Below are positions 26,111 through 40,411 of a stretch of DNA of 64,000 nt, one piece after another. A program made the position numbers and the translations under genes. Source of the DNA: Octopus vulgaris (taxonomy: Eukaryota); NCBI GenBank assembly GCA_951406725.2, contig OX597814.1:179924001-179988000 (forward strand). Reading direction: 5' to 3'. The notes under the pieces are model-generated. The model saw nothing but the letters and a program-made list of their open reading frames with translations. It was not told the DNA's origin and searched no databases. The first letter of the stretch is position 1, and each line of letters starts with the position of its first letter.

Positions 26111-26239
26111 TACACCACGACTGCTAAGTCCAAAAAGTTTCGCCTAAAGATTGCAGTGGCGTGAAACTCGTGTTGCGAAACAACCCCATAGCTTCAATAA
26201 AATACCATGAAATGTATTACTTAAATGCTAATAAATGAA

Positions 26240-26270
<31 letters not shown>

Positions 26271-26282
26271 ATGAAATTAAAT

Positions 26283-27030
26283 ACCTATTTCTTTACTGCC
26301 CATGAGAGGCTACACGCAGAGGAGACAAACAAGGACAGACAAACGGATTAAGTCTATTATATCGACCCCAGTGCGTAACTGGTACTTATTTAATTGACCC
26401 GGAAAGGATGAAAGGCAAAGTCGATCAGTGGAATTTGAACTCAGAACGTAGCGACAGACGAAATACTGCTAAGCATTTCGCCCGGCGTGCTAACCATCTT
26501 ACCACACAGCCACGCGAACGCCGACCCCGAAAGGATGAAAGGCAAAGTCGACCTCAGTGGAATTTGAACTCAGAACGTAGCGACAGACGAAATACTGCTA
26601 AGCATTTCGCCCGGCGTGCTAACCATCTTACCACACAGCCACGCGAACGCCGACCCCGAAAGGATGAAAGGCAAAGTCGACCTCAGTGGAATTTGAACTC
26701 AGAACGTAGCGACAGACGAAGTACTGCTAAACATTTCGCCCGGCGTGCTAACCATCTTACCACACAGCCACGCGAACGCCGACCCCGAAAGGATGAAAGG
26801 CAAAGTCGACCTCAGTGGAATTTGAACTCAGAACGTAGCGACAGACGAAATACTGCTAAGCATTTCGCCCGGCGTGCTAACCATCTTACCACACAGCCAC
26901 GCGAACGCCGACCCCGAAAGGATGAAAGGCAAAGTCGACCTCAGTGGAATTTGAACTCAGAACGTAGCGACAGACGAAATACTGCTAAGCATTTCGCCCG
27001 GCGTGCAAATGTTTCTGCCAGCTTGCCGCC
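26283..27030 (-). mobile_element. SINE family C with tandemly amplified chimeric head
   Basis: 3' tail at 26283, native 5' end GGCGGCAAGCTGGCAGAAAC at 27030, internal 129-bp repeats. Confidence 0.9.
26397..27006. repeat. 129-bp tandem repeat, ~4.7 near-identical units
   Basis: GACCC(C/G)GAAAGGATG starts at 26397, 26523, 26652, 26781 and 26910. Confidence 0.96.
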
Positions 27031-27565
27031 TTTAATTGAAATTAAATACCATAAGAAACACACCTTGCTTTCTAAAAAAAAAATAGAGACGAGACAATGT
27101 ACAAAAGAAAATAGGCTCGATGATCAGCGCTTATCGCATATCATGTTATGAGAGAGTCTCCATCAGGCCTTGGCAAGGAAGGGAAAAGAGAAAAATAACT
27201 AATTAAGTGAGAAGGGCATGCATTGATAAGACAGAATCAATCCACGTGAGTAACGTTTAATATGACTGAAGTATATATCCTTTCACTAGTTTCGTTATAA
27301 TTTAAGTATTATCTGGTAATAATCCTAAACTTTGATTTGCAACTTAGGTAAATTACAAGCTTGAAACAACCACAAACTTAATTTATCGCTGTGGAAATCT
27401 AGCCTACAATTAAATTGATTAATTAATCATTTTACATTAGAACCAGGTCCAACCGTTCCATCTATAATATTAGTTACGTGCGTAAATTTTTTGATATGAT
27501 TATTAGTTACATGTAGCAATATCCTGTATCTAATTAAAGATTACAATATTTTATAAACTGCTCAG

Positions 27566-27610
<45 letters not shown>

Positions 27611-28129
27611 ATGTTCGTATGTATAAATAAGTAACAAAAGTATAACAGTCGCAATTGAGGCCAATGAAAGAAATTTGCGCAATTTAAGAATTAAGGAAGC
27701 TAGGGCTCCAAATTAACAACAGGCTGGAGGTTGGTAATCAATATATTATTTAGCTACATCTGTATGCGTGTAGGTTCATTTTTCATAACATGCTCATGTA
27801 TTGTTTGTAACAGAAACAAAAGAGAAAAAAATGGACAAGGGAAAAACAAGGAAGTTGCACGTATAACACATAACTTAGAAGCAGCGCTACGGATGTGCCA
27901 ACACACACGAGATCGAGACATGGCCGACCTCACGCGGTTCTCATGAGGAATTCTGGAAAGAGCTTCGTGAGACCACTGCTGAGACACTTCCGGGGTAAAA
28001 AAAAATGAACAGAAAAGCCGTTGGTAAGCCGATTATAGCAGCGACTCCCTCAATTCTGAGGGATATCTGAAAAAGGAATTTTTATGTGGTGGGACAAACA
28101 CAGACACATATACATACATACATAGATAA

Positions 28130-28212
<83 letters not shown>

Positions 28213-29736
28213 TAGATATAGATATGTGAATTCTAGGCAAGTATTTATCCGAAGCCCTTCTGTGCAGATTTAGGCCTCTATTCTAAGTAAGAATCTAAAA
28301 CCATCAACTTGCTTCGCCTGGTCATTACCGGTTCATTGTGAGTGTTTTCTTCATTAAATAAAGGAAGACCCAGCAACGTACAATTAATTATGGGAAATAA
28401 TGTAAGAGAAGCGTTAGTTTTCACATTTTCATACTAGACGCGAAGTGATTCGTTAAATAATATAAAGCAAACAATAGAAGCTCTTAAATTGATAACTATA
28501 CTAAGACACTTGAGTAAATGACTTTCATTTTCCTCGTTAAGTAGAACATATGCCATTATTTAAGTGCCGAAGCCTAGCCTACAATGCTTTAGCAATCCCA
28601 AAGTCTATCAATTTTATCGATGGTTAGGTTCCAATTAAGTGCATCTGCTTCCTTGTTCTACAGCATGAGAGTGAGGATGTTGATAAACTTTCACTCTTTA
28701 TCTGAAAGACGTGTAGATTTTGGCTACGTTAATATTAGTATATTTAACACAGCGGTTGTTAGCGTTCAGAGCGTCGGGTAATATTGTTTAAACGTCGGAC
28801 GAAACGTCTAGCGGCATTTCTTAAATCTCCCGTACGTTGTGAGTTCAAATAATACCAAGATCGTCTTTTCCTTTTATCTTTTTGTGGTTGATAAAATAAG
28901 TTCTTACTGAGTACTGAGGTTGATGTAATCGACTATACACTTCACGCACATTTCATCAATATGAGTTTGTTATGTGGCTTAGAAAGTGGAGCCTTGCTTC
29001 AATATCTCATAGTATTTTAACCACCGCGGCAAATATTGGGGGAAATTGCAGACAAGTATAGTTCCTACCAGAACTCGCAAACGAACATGATCTATGCATT
29101 TCACAACGACAGCAACGAATTTTTTTTTATTTATTTATTCATTTATTGGTAATCTTTAATCTAGAATCGAATGAAGACTACATATTTATATTTCTTCTTT
29201 AGTAAACGTAGGTGCAAAGCCAAACAACTCGTAAAATAAAGTAATTTCAAATGAGAATCGAGCACACGTGTTAGTTGACGCCTTAAGCAATAATCTATGC
29301 AGTTATCCGAAAGTTTGTATCTGGAACAGAATAAGACACTTCAATTTACTTCTTAAATGACACGTGCCATTTAATTTCGTTTCTCTCCGTTCAGAATTCA
29401 AAAGCCAGCGGGAATCGACCTTGGCCTTTTTCCCGCTGGAATCTATAAATTATGCAGCACGTATGTAATGTAATTGATTCAATCGACTACATCTACCTCG
29501 TAATAAATAATTTTTTGGCCTTGTGTCGATGTAAGAAATCAATAATATTCGAACAGAAAATGTTGTTGTTTGTTATAACCGTTGTAGTATTACATGAAAT
29601 GAAATCACTAATGTTCAGTATTTCCCTGCACTCGTTTACACACTGCTGCACACAAAACCATATGCATACACTTACTTACTCATGCTCACAATGCACACAT
29701 GTATATATATATATATATATATATACGCATATACAG

Positions 29737-29788
<52 letters not shown>

Positions 29789-30041
29789 CTTATTATATTA
29801 TATTATATTAAACTTTTTAATACTTTTTGATAGTTATTTTTTAAAAAATTATAAATAAAACAATTTATAAATATATATATATGAATTAAAAATTTTAAAT
29901 ATAATTTAAATTTTAAATTTTGTATTTTATATATTTTGTATATTATATTAATTATATTTATTTTTATGTTTTGGTTTATGTTTTTCACTGTTTGATTTGC
30001 CTAATAGTGGTTTTTATCTCTAATTTAATTTATATTTATAC

Positions 30042-30113
<72 letters not shown>

Positions 30114-30265
30114 GCTCGCATGTAATTATGTAGCTAAGCATGCATGTATGTATGCATGTCAGTATCTATGTATGTGTATAGCTTTTGATAGGGAGAAAAT
30201 AAACTGCTAGAATTATAGTTATATAGTTATAGTATATCTCTTTCTGTCTGTCTGTCTCTTTCTCT

Positions 30266-30329
<64 letters not shown>

Positions 30330-30407
30330 ATGTGTGTGTGTGTGTGTGTGTACTTTAGGGTGAGGGGTTCATTCTGCCAGTGAAACAAGTATTCATTTAG
30401 TTCGCCT

Positions 30408-30714
30408 TTCTTTTATTATCAATTAACCAAATAGTTAATTAGTTAATTAATTAGCAACCAATTATTTAGCTGATTTGTCACCCTGTGACGTTATCAGTGA
30501 CGTGTCCCCCATGTACTCGCTAGTACGTTCTAACACCTGCGTAACATGAGTTTGAACTTAACATGCCGTTATGTAAGTGTGCATTGCAATACGAAGTAAC
30601 TGCACAAGGAATATGTCATGGGTAATTTTACTGGCTGTAACGAATGGAATTTGGCAAATCAATTAAATAATTGGTTGATTAATTAAGTATTTAGTTAATT
30701 GATAATAAAACAAA
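30408..30714. repeat. Old MITE-like element with ~70-bp imperfect AT-rich TIRs
   Basis: TTTTATTATCAATTAAC..CAACCAATTATTTA..TGATTTG is mirrored by CAAATCAATTAAATAATTGGTTG..GTTAATTGATAATAAAA. Confidence 0.6.
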
Positions 30715-30849
30715 GAGATATGTGTTTTATTAGTAGATCACATTTCCCGATGTACAATATCAGTTTCGACACACGATTTTAAATGAAGAACGTTGCAAGA
30801 CATACAAAAACGATATGCTTTTATATGCTGAGTGAGGAAGAAAATATCA

Positions 30850-32150
30850 GTAGCCATGGCCTTTGCAATCACTCCTGAAGGAAGCTTTGAGATTGAAGCT
30901 ATTGATGTTTCTCTTGATCCTTTGGGAATCATCACAATGACGGAAAAGAGATAATCGAGGAGGGAGTTCGATAGCGCCGACATTCGCGGAAGGAAGGAAG
31001 GAAGGAAGTGATGAAGGACTGGACATAGTGATTATCGCACAGTGGAGAAGGTGATAGGCGCAAGAATGTGTGTGTGTGTACAACGTGGAGAACCTGAGGA
31101 GGCGGAAGGACATTGAATTAGAGTTTCCAAGTTTGTGTAGTTGTAGAGTGCAACGCGGGAAACCTATGTAGAAGCTTTATTTTTGCGGTGGTTCTACTCA
31201 GAGAGCCATTGTTATGGTGGAGCGGAAGGAAAGAGAATTCTGTAAGGTTAGTAGAAATTCTTTTGGCAAGAGACCAAAAGGTTTGGCTGCAGTTTGGAAG
31301 GCAGGGTAGTTTAAAGGTTGTGCAATGCACTAAGTCATCTTTCATGGATTGGATAATACTCTTGCAGATACTGCGTTACAGGGAAAGCGCCACAAAATTT
31401 TGAGACCTTTGTAGGTTTCACCAACGTTGTAGGCGTAGCTTTTTGATACAAATAGTGTCAGTACAAACATGATAAAGCCACTTGGGAAACATGGGGACTG
31501 GATCTTTGTTTTGTGCATTGTATGAAGAAGCATACATAAAAGAATAGTTTCAGTCACCTGCCTAGCTATTTCCGATAAGTCAGGATTGAAGCCAATATGC
31601 TCTGAGGGTAGTTAGCTTTAAACTAGCGGAGCTTCGACCCGTCGCTGACGTGAAGTGTTACACGCTGTAAAGCGTAAAAGATGTAGTGTGATATGTGGAT
31701 GTGTGTGGGTAGCTTTATTGAACCAGCTGTCGGGTATCGCAATTGGTGTTGAGATAGTTATAGTTTGATATAGCATGGGCTTGGAGGCGAGAAAAATATC
31801 ATATGTGTTTAGTGTATCAGAGTGTCGATCTGAGAAGTATGTAGGGAAAGAGACAACTTGATGAAGAGAGTTGAGGATTGCAAAAATTCGGCCTTTACAC
31901 TGGCGGCATTGGAGTGGGATGTGTTGTTTATGTAGAAGTCACGATGATGTCTGGGAGGAGTGAAGAAAGTGGTATGTCATCAATGTGATAACAGATATAG
32001 TCGTAAAGGTGCTAATGGTTTGATTATTAGGCGAGCAACAAAACGCACAGATATATTTTGATGTGAGGGAAATTGACTTTAATCAAGAATGACTGGAATT
32101 CATTACTGCTGATATGAAGGTGAGAGAAATGATTCAAAGTGTGGGTGGAA
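30850..32150 (-). mobile_element. Heavily degraded APE-type LINE ORF2 relic
   Basis: Broken minus frames give QLVSFPT..YDIFLASKP (end of endonuclease), TFWSLAKRIS.N..PL..NNGSLS.T..K..L, and a pre-RT-like segment. Confidence 0.5.
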
Positions 32151-32394
32151 TTTTCGTAATCACTGGCATCAAGTTAGAACACAGAATAAACTCTGGACAG
32201 CTGAGATGGTTGGAGATGGAAAATGAAAGGTTTGTGTCATAGGGGAAAATAGTGTGTGGTCGATGAATGAGTAAGAAATAATGAGTAGGATCTAGAAAGG
32301 AAAGAGATACAAAGATATTGAAGAAGCGATGAGGGATTAGCCAGAGGCTTTACTTCCTGTTGTTTGCATTTCGAGAACGAGTAGAGAGACCGCT

Positions 32395-32501
32395 AGGGCA
32401 TCTAAATTTCATGGCAACCCACAGGGCATCAAAATTTCATGGCAACCCACAGGTTATCAAAATTTCATGTCAACCCACAGGGCATCAAAATTTCATAGCA
32501 A
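32395..32501. repeat. 28-bp minisatellite, ~3.8 copies
   Basis: AGGGCATCAAAATTTCATGGCAACCCAC units start at 32395, 32423, 32451 and 32479. Confidence 0.92.
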
Positions 32502-33196
32502 AGGACTGAACCGAATGCTTAAAATATTGGGAACCCTATTAAAAGCACTCAAAGGCAAAGTAATGGAGTCAAAACAAACAGCAGCTCACTTCCAGAAAGG
32601 GGAGAGGGAGACTTTCTACACAATGTATAACACGACTACATCACCTTTAAAGAAAAATAACGGGGGAAAATGGGGTTTGAAGGGCTGGTATCTTTCACTT
32701 TGTTTTTCACCATAATCAGTCCAAACATTAGCACTATCAGAATCAGTATTAGAAGCTTCAGCACCAGAAGCATTAGGTGTCTGTGTGTGTCTGTGTGTTT
32801 CAGATTGTTCCTCTTCCAAATTTGGTAATACTATGCCCCTACTTCTACTAAGTAACTCCTGTATCAATCCCTTACTAGCTTCCACCTTTTGTAACCTGTC
32901 TTCCCCTGTTTTCTATTCTACTTGAACATTCCCATCTTTCCTCAACTTCCCCACACAATAGCCATTCCTCAAGTGCTCTGCTTGTTATATTCAGATATGG
33001 CCCTGACTAAAGTAGCATTAATTTTCTTAAGTCGTTCAATTTACTTCAATTGATCAATAGACCAACAGTAATGTGCCTATAAAGACTACTGGAAATAGCT
33101 GGAAGCCAGATTTGCTCAAATAAAGGAATTATATGTACTGTCCATTATTTTTAACTTGTTTATTATATGTGTGTGTGTGTGTGTGTGTATACACAC

Positions 33197-33830
<634 letters not shown>

Positions 33831-34297
33831 AAATTTGCACGTGTACACTGCAAGAATTAACATCATTCGCACAGAAGTTTTAACTACATACTGGACAACT
33901 TACAAAATTGTAAACCACAGCAAAACTTCTAAAACGAAAAGAGAAATTCCAAAAGAAAAAGAAATGCAGATATTCAAAAATTCAACAAGGCGAACATCTC
34001 TTCCTCCTACTATTCCCAAAGACTGGTATATCTACATTTCCACGTGAATATTTTAAATCTCCCTCAAAATAAGTTAGGAAACTTACATACCTACAGATGT
34101 CCAACACACAGACGATCAGCCTTAAAAAAACTTTAATATCTACAACTTCTGTGAATACCTATCCTTTCCTTTCTCCCACAGTTTTCGAAAATGCAAGCAT
34201 CCTCCTTTTTATTCTAAGAACACTACAATTTCTCTCTTTGTGACCATACAAAACACTATATTTAGTAAATATTAAAAACATTACTAGCTACATCTAG

Positions 34298-34775
34298 TAA
34301 GTGCAGAGGTACCAAGGATCAACTCTTGATAGACAGAACTGTACCTAGAGATTGCAAGAGGAGGAAAAGTAACTTAGCCATGTCATGGATCGACTACCGT
34401 AAGGCGTACGATATGATCCCACAAAGGCGGCGAGCTGGCAGAACCGTTAGCACGCCGGGCGAAATGCGTAGCTGTATTTCGTCTGCCGTTACGTTCTGAG
34501 TTCAAATTCCGCCGAGATCGACTTTGCCTTTCATCCTTTCGGGGTCGATAAATTAAGTACCAGTTACGCACTGGGGTCGATGTAATCGACTTAATCCGTT
34601 TGTCTGTCCTTGTTTGTCTCCTCTGTGTGTAGCCCCTTGTGGGTAATAAAGAAACGGATATGATCCCACATTCTTGGATTATGGAATGTATGAATCTATT
34701 TGGTATTGCATCGAAAGTTGAGCGATTGCTTGGAAAAAGTATGGCGAATTGGAGGAAGTACATGACAGCATACGG
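34298..34775 (+). mobile_element. R4/Dong-type LINE reverse transcriptase fragment, interrupted by a SINE
   Basis: [29 protein letters not shown] | SWIMECMNLFGIASKVERLLGKSMANWR. Confidence 0.88.
34424..34656 (+). mobile_element. SINE family C, full length, with 14-bp TSD
   Basis: GATATGATCCCACA occurs at 34410-34423 and 34657-34670. B box GAGTTCAAATTCC. Confidence 0.93.
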
Positions 34776-35651
34776 ATCGAAGGAATTTGAACTCAAGAAT
34801 CAATACAAATATTATCACATAACCCAACATAATTATTAAACAAAGAGCATGAAGCGTTCTCCTTTCGTGTTCATGAATTCTTTAAGACCTTTCGATTTAA
34901 CCACGTATCTTAAAGCAGCCATGCGAATCTACCTATATAATTCCGTTACACATTACTTTCACTTAAACATATCGCGATATGGCATAAGCTTATTTGAATT
35001 AGTATATTCCACTTACCATATTTCATTTCATTGTTCTGTCTTAATTCGTAATACAACACTTATTTCATAAAGCGGCCACTTATACTTTCACTCTTCACCT
35101 AGCTTATAATTTATAAGTTACCTATATAGATTAAACGCTACTTAAATTGAATTAATGTATGTACTTTATTCAATCTATTTATCTACTTTACCTTACTTTA
35201 TCTTATATTACTTTAGATTGTTTTATTTTATTTTATCTTAAGTTGTTATACTTCATTTTATTCAATCAACTCTAGTTATAATAATATTTCATTCACTCCC
35301 AATGAACTTACACTCTCAATACCATTTAAATTATACCTCACACTATTATAACCCCCGGAAGTTAACTCCTTTACCCTGTAGCCTTCCTCCTAATACTTAG
35401 TATAATTCCTTCTTCACCACACGCCGTGATGGAATTATTATGTGAAACTGTTATTGTCTGAAGACATTATCTTCTTACCAATTCTCAAATGTTCCCTCTC
35501 TCCTTTGATTATCTGATAATTCTAAGCCACATTGGATATCGACAGTACAACTGGGTTCTTGCCATTATACATATGCTCTTCCGCATGGCTTAAAACTGAA
35601 CCTCCCCTTCACTACTTCTTTCAGTATCTCCTATTCCTCTTTGAGCTTATG

Positions 35652-35683
<32 letters not shown>

Positions 35684-35686
35684 TGA

Positions 35687-35723
<37 letters not shown>

Positions 35724-35867
35724 CATACATATACATATATGTGTGTATGTATATGTGTGTATATGTATGTATATATACACATGTGTGCGTGTGTGTGTGT
35801 GGATATATGTGTATGCATATATGTATATAAATGTGTGTGTGTATGTATGTGTGTATATATATATATA

Positions 35868-36155
35868 AACATCCACACTCGTTCGTCTGGCCGAACTTGT
35901 CCTCTCACTCAACTGCTTCTCGTTCGCGGGTGATTTTACCAACAAGTTCTCGGGAGTGGCCATGGGAAATAGAATGGTCCCCAACTATGCGAACCTGTTC
36001 CTTGGCTACGTTGAGGCCCAAATATTCTCAAGTTTCACAGGTCCCACTCCCGAATTATACGACCGTTATATTTATGACTGTATCGGTGCGACCTCACTAT
36101 CTCACGAACATCTAAACTCCTTCCTCTCTTTTGTCAAATCTTTCCATCCAAGTGT
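35868..36155 (+). mobile_element. Penelope-like element reverse transcriptase fragment (pseudogenised)
   Basis: [21 protein letters not shown] / YQQV / GVAMGNRMVPNYANLFLGYVE..RYIYDC. PLE motifs GxAMG and RYIDD, the latter with a catalytic D changed to Y; frameshifts present. Confidence 0.9.
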
Positions 36156-36218
36156 TAAGCTAATACATTTGTTTGTTCACCTATCTTCGACTTTTGGGGT
36201 TTCTTTGTGATTCCTCCT

Positions 36219-36276
<58 letters not shown>

Positions 36277-36466
36277 TTTACTATGTATGCCTTAACTCTA
36301 CTTGTTACTCTCTATCTACTATCATGCACTCATGGCTCTATCTTTCTTTTGCACTGTCCTTATACTCATAATCTATCTAGCAATCTATCTATCTAGCTGC
36401 CTGTCTCTTCGGCTATTATACTGATAACTACAGATATCCTTTATGAAAGACATTCCTTAAATCTTC

Positions 36467-36561
36467 CTCTCTAAGGATGGAATAGCTGGCTTTTATATGA
36501 AAATATTTCCTCAATGAAATATGCATCATATGAACAGCTCTTCCTGAAACAGCTGTAAGAG
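36467..36561 (+). ncRNA. Hammerhead motif with long stem II (G5>A, likely inactive)
   Basis: CTCT-CTAAGGA-T-GGAATAGCTG..CAGCTCTTCC-T-GAAA-CAGCTG-T-A-AGAG. Confidence 0.62.
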
Positions 36562-36852
36562 ACTTTAAGCACAACTTCTTTATCTCTTATTAACAACTCT
36601 GTAATTATGTTTGAATAAAACCTTACATGCGCTAAAGTGATACCACATGTTTTGCCTATACATTCTTTCTTTTTTTCTAACATATATATCTATCCGCTCA
36701 ATGATAAACCACATACAGCCATCATTGTAGGCAGCTACAACATCGCTTTTGTTTCAGTCGCAGTTCATGTCGGAATTTTGGTGGTAAACAAGCCTGAGCA
36801 AAATTGTATATACTTATTACATTACATCATTAGTCGCAATTTTATCTGCATG

Positions 36853-36913
<61 letters not shown>

Positions 36914-37170
36914 TTCCATACACGCATACACACATACATATATACACATATGCATATGTATATGCATATATATATATATATATATATACATATATATACA
37001 TATATATATACATATATATCCATACATAAATACATATGCGCATGTATAACTGACGGAACAATAAATACCCATGTGTTATAGGTGTGAAAGAAAACGGAAG
37101 ATAATATTATAAGCAGCGAATGTGAAATATATATACATACATACATACATACATACATACATACATACAT

Positions 37171-37203
<33 letters not shown>

Positions 37204-37750
37204 ATACCATTTTAATACGAATAATATTCATATAAAAAAAATGAAAAGCTACAGACAAATAGATACCATCTCAAGATGAATTGCTCCTACGAATTTCCTA
37301 TCATGGAAACATGATGCTTCATTTCTTGGAGTAAACATTGAAGAATTAGAGATTATGCCTGCAAACTTGTTAAAGTAAAGATTTATTTTTAGTCTATTTC
37401 TCTTTGTGTTGTCAACGGAACTACCAACTGGTCTGGAAAATATTAGTGTATAAATATTATAAAAATTAATGATTAAAACTTGCATTATCTATTTAATTAA
37501 TTCATGATAATGATAGACAGAAGAATTTAGTAGCAAAATTAATTCGAAAATTTATGGCAATATTCAAGTCTAAAGAATGAAATGAAGAAATAACAAAATA
37601 GTAGATAGCAAATGTGTGTATACACCTGTGTATGTGGTAGTTGCATATGCATCATGTATATATATATTTGCGTGTGTGTTTCCATATATGCAGTTGCATA
37701 GACGTATACATATATATGTATATATGTGTATCTATATATATATATATATG

Positions 37751-37845
<95 letters not shown>

Positions 37846-38560
37846 ACATACATGTATATATATAATATACGTATATACTAATATATATATATATCAGATT
37901 ATACATGGATACATATTTACATATATTATCTGATTTAAGCATAAGTCGATATGCAGAAAGTGATAGCAAAAATGTAATGGGAAACGTTTTAGCAAATTCT
38001 GTAATTTTTATTAATTACAATAATTATAGCACATAAAATATACTAGATACCAATCAAATGTTCAATATATGCTTATTCGTACCACCAAACTAGCTTTACA
38101 AACTTTTGGAAGGAAATGATACGCTTCGAGAGATGATTCGACAGGCAAAATGCTGCTAACAATAGCTTGCTCACAACAGGAAAGACATAGAAGTAAGCAT
38201 CACCAAAACAGTTTTATATTACACTATTTTACACCATATTACGTTATCATGCACTACAAAGAACGAGGGAACCTGTACATAGCTTAACCACCCGACTGAC
38301 TTTCACAACGAGGCTTGATTGCTTTCATAAACATATCCACGTAATGGCGTATACGTATGTAAGGTATGTGTGTGAGTGTAGACAGTAACAACAACAATGA
38401 TATATATGGGTGCAGTTTATAAACATTTATATCGGTACCGCTCGATGCAACTCCAAAAGACTGGTACACCAGTCAGCATCATTAGATTGTGGCCGGCATA
38501 ATGGAATAAGAGTTTTATTTGCATATTCAAAGCGTTTCCTGAACACAAATTTATATACAA

Positions 38561-38645
<85 letters not shown>

Positions 38646-38649
38646 TTAC

Positions 38650-39072
38650 ATTATATGTTATATACTATATATATGACATATATATACAGGTTTATGCATA
38701 TGTATGTATGTATAGTTACATATAGAAGTGTATATATAAATACACATACATATTTATACACCGAGTGAACGAACGAGAAGGGGAGTATTGGAAACTCATA
38801 GAGCGGGCGCTTGGCAGATATGTGGTAGACATATAGATAAGTAGACTGATATCGAAAATTCACTATGTCTTCAAAAACTAAAAGAGGACTTATATTTTCT
38901 TACCGAAAACGACAACACACTGATAAATCTTTTCTTTTATATTATTATAAGAAATTCTCTCTTACACAAAATATCCACAAAAACTAATGCAGTCAACTGT
39001 TATAAAACTCGACTTGATTCAAAAGAACATTGCTGCGAAGTGAAGAATATTCTTTTTTTTTTTTTTAACAAA
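38650..39072. repeat. ~420-bp direct repeat, copy 1
   Basis: Colinear with 43111-43553. A partial third copy lies at ~40075-40155. Confidence 0.9.
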
Positions 39073-40189
39073 TATGAACACCATATTACATAAAGAAGTT
39101 ACAAGCTGAGAAAATTCTTACAAATGAACAGCTGTAACTAATGCTAACATCATAATTTCCCGACACAAAATGAAAACTCACCTGCATATTGAGTAACATA
39201 AATGCATCTATGTATCACATGAGTATCAGCAGCGTGCGTGGGTCTTTTCAAATGCATATGAAAAATCTCAGATATTCTTATTTATATAACCTCAGATATT
39301 TTCATTTATATAGTGTTATTTATATAATCGCAAATATCATTATTTAAAATAGGGCTGTGGCATTATTAAACATGTATATTCGACCACTATTAAATCATAT
39401 CAAGCCAAAATGGAGGTGTGTATGCGATATTATCGACACTTGTACTCGACACAGGAAAAGGTGAGTAATTAATATCTTCACTGTGCAAACATGTAGTTTC
39501 GTGGTCAATCATATTTTGCTATACTTCCAGTCCTTCAGTGTAACCAAATGATATCCATACATAATATATATTCCACTGTAACTTTTAGTGGACATATGGT
39601 GAAATGGAAACTGCGCAAAAGCTATCTTATTTATAAATGGTATTAGTGATACAAATATTTCTCTATTTATTAACAGTGAATCTTCCAAAGTAACTCAAAG
39701 GATCAGTTTCGTGCGAAAGAATTTATGAAACTTGTTGTACGAAAATTTACGTCATTAAGTCAATAATATCACTTCACAGTTAATAGGTAAATATATATGA
39801 TAATGTCTAGATATTTATCATATAAATGTTAAAAAATTTCCAATAATGCAGGTAAAATTATGAAAGATATGTAAGGTGATGTTAGTAATAGAAAACAAGT
39901 AAAAACGGTATTGCTTATCATATATAGATTCTTTAATGATCCTATAAAATTTCGGGATAGATTCCCCTTTTTAAATAGGGGAGAGAAATAATGAAAGATC
40001 TTCACTCGCAAGGCTATAGTTGAAAAAGCTTTCTCAAGGTGCTGCGTAGTGGGGCTGTAGATGCAAAAAGCGAGAGATTGGCAGACAGGTAGACAGTCAG
40101 GTAAGTAAATTGATATCGAAAATTCACAATGTCTTCAAAAGCTAAAAGAGGATCTATATATGTATGTATATATAAATATATATATATGA

Positions 40190-40380
40190 TAGATCGTTAG
40201 CCACTACACACATTTTTTTCTCTCCTTGTTTCTCTCCTTGTTTTTTTTTCTGTGTCCCTTTCTGTAGAAGAGCGTAGGCTCGAAACGTAAAAGACTTTTT
40301 CTATTCCTGAGCGTTATACTAATACATCTGTTTGTTTTGTACACCGCCTATCTTCGTCTTTTGTTTTTTTCGTAAACTCT

Positions 40381-40383
<3 letters not shown>
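40190..40383 (+). mobile_element. PLE-derived terminal repeat with minimal hammerhead-like motif (40258-40293), between (TA)n runs
   Basis: CTTT-CTGTAGA-A-GAG-cgtagg-CTC-GAAA-CG-T-A-AAAG. Inverse copy of 3058-3192. Confidence 0.68.

Positions 40384-40411
<28 letters not shown>

Noticed and set aside
26408-27151. 247-aa repetitive ORF or CRISPR-like array
   Set aside because: It is the antisense reading of tandem SINE units. The units are contiguous and near-identical, with no unique spacers and no cas genes.
35505-35560. Eroded hammerhead after a PxGLN-like motif
   Set aside because: GAAA is missing and the stems are ambiguous; it may be PLE debris but is not supportable.
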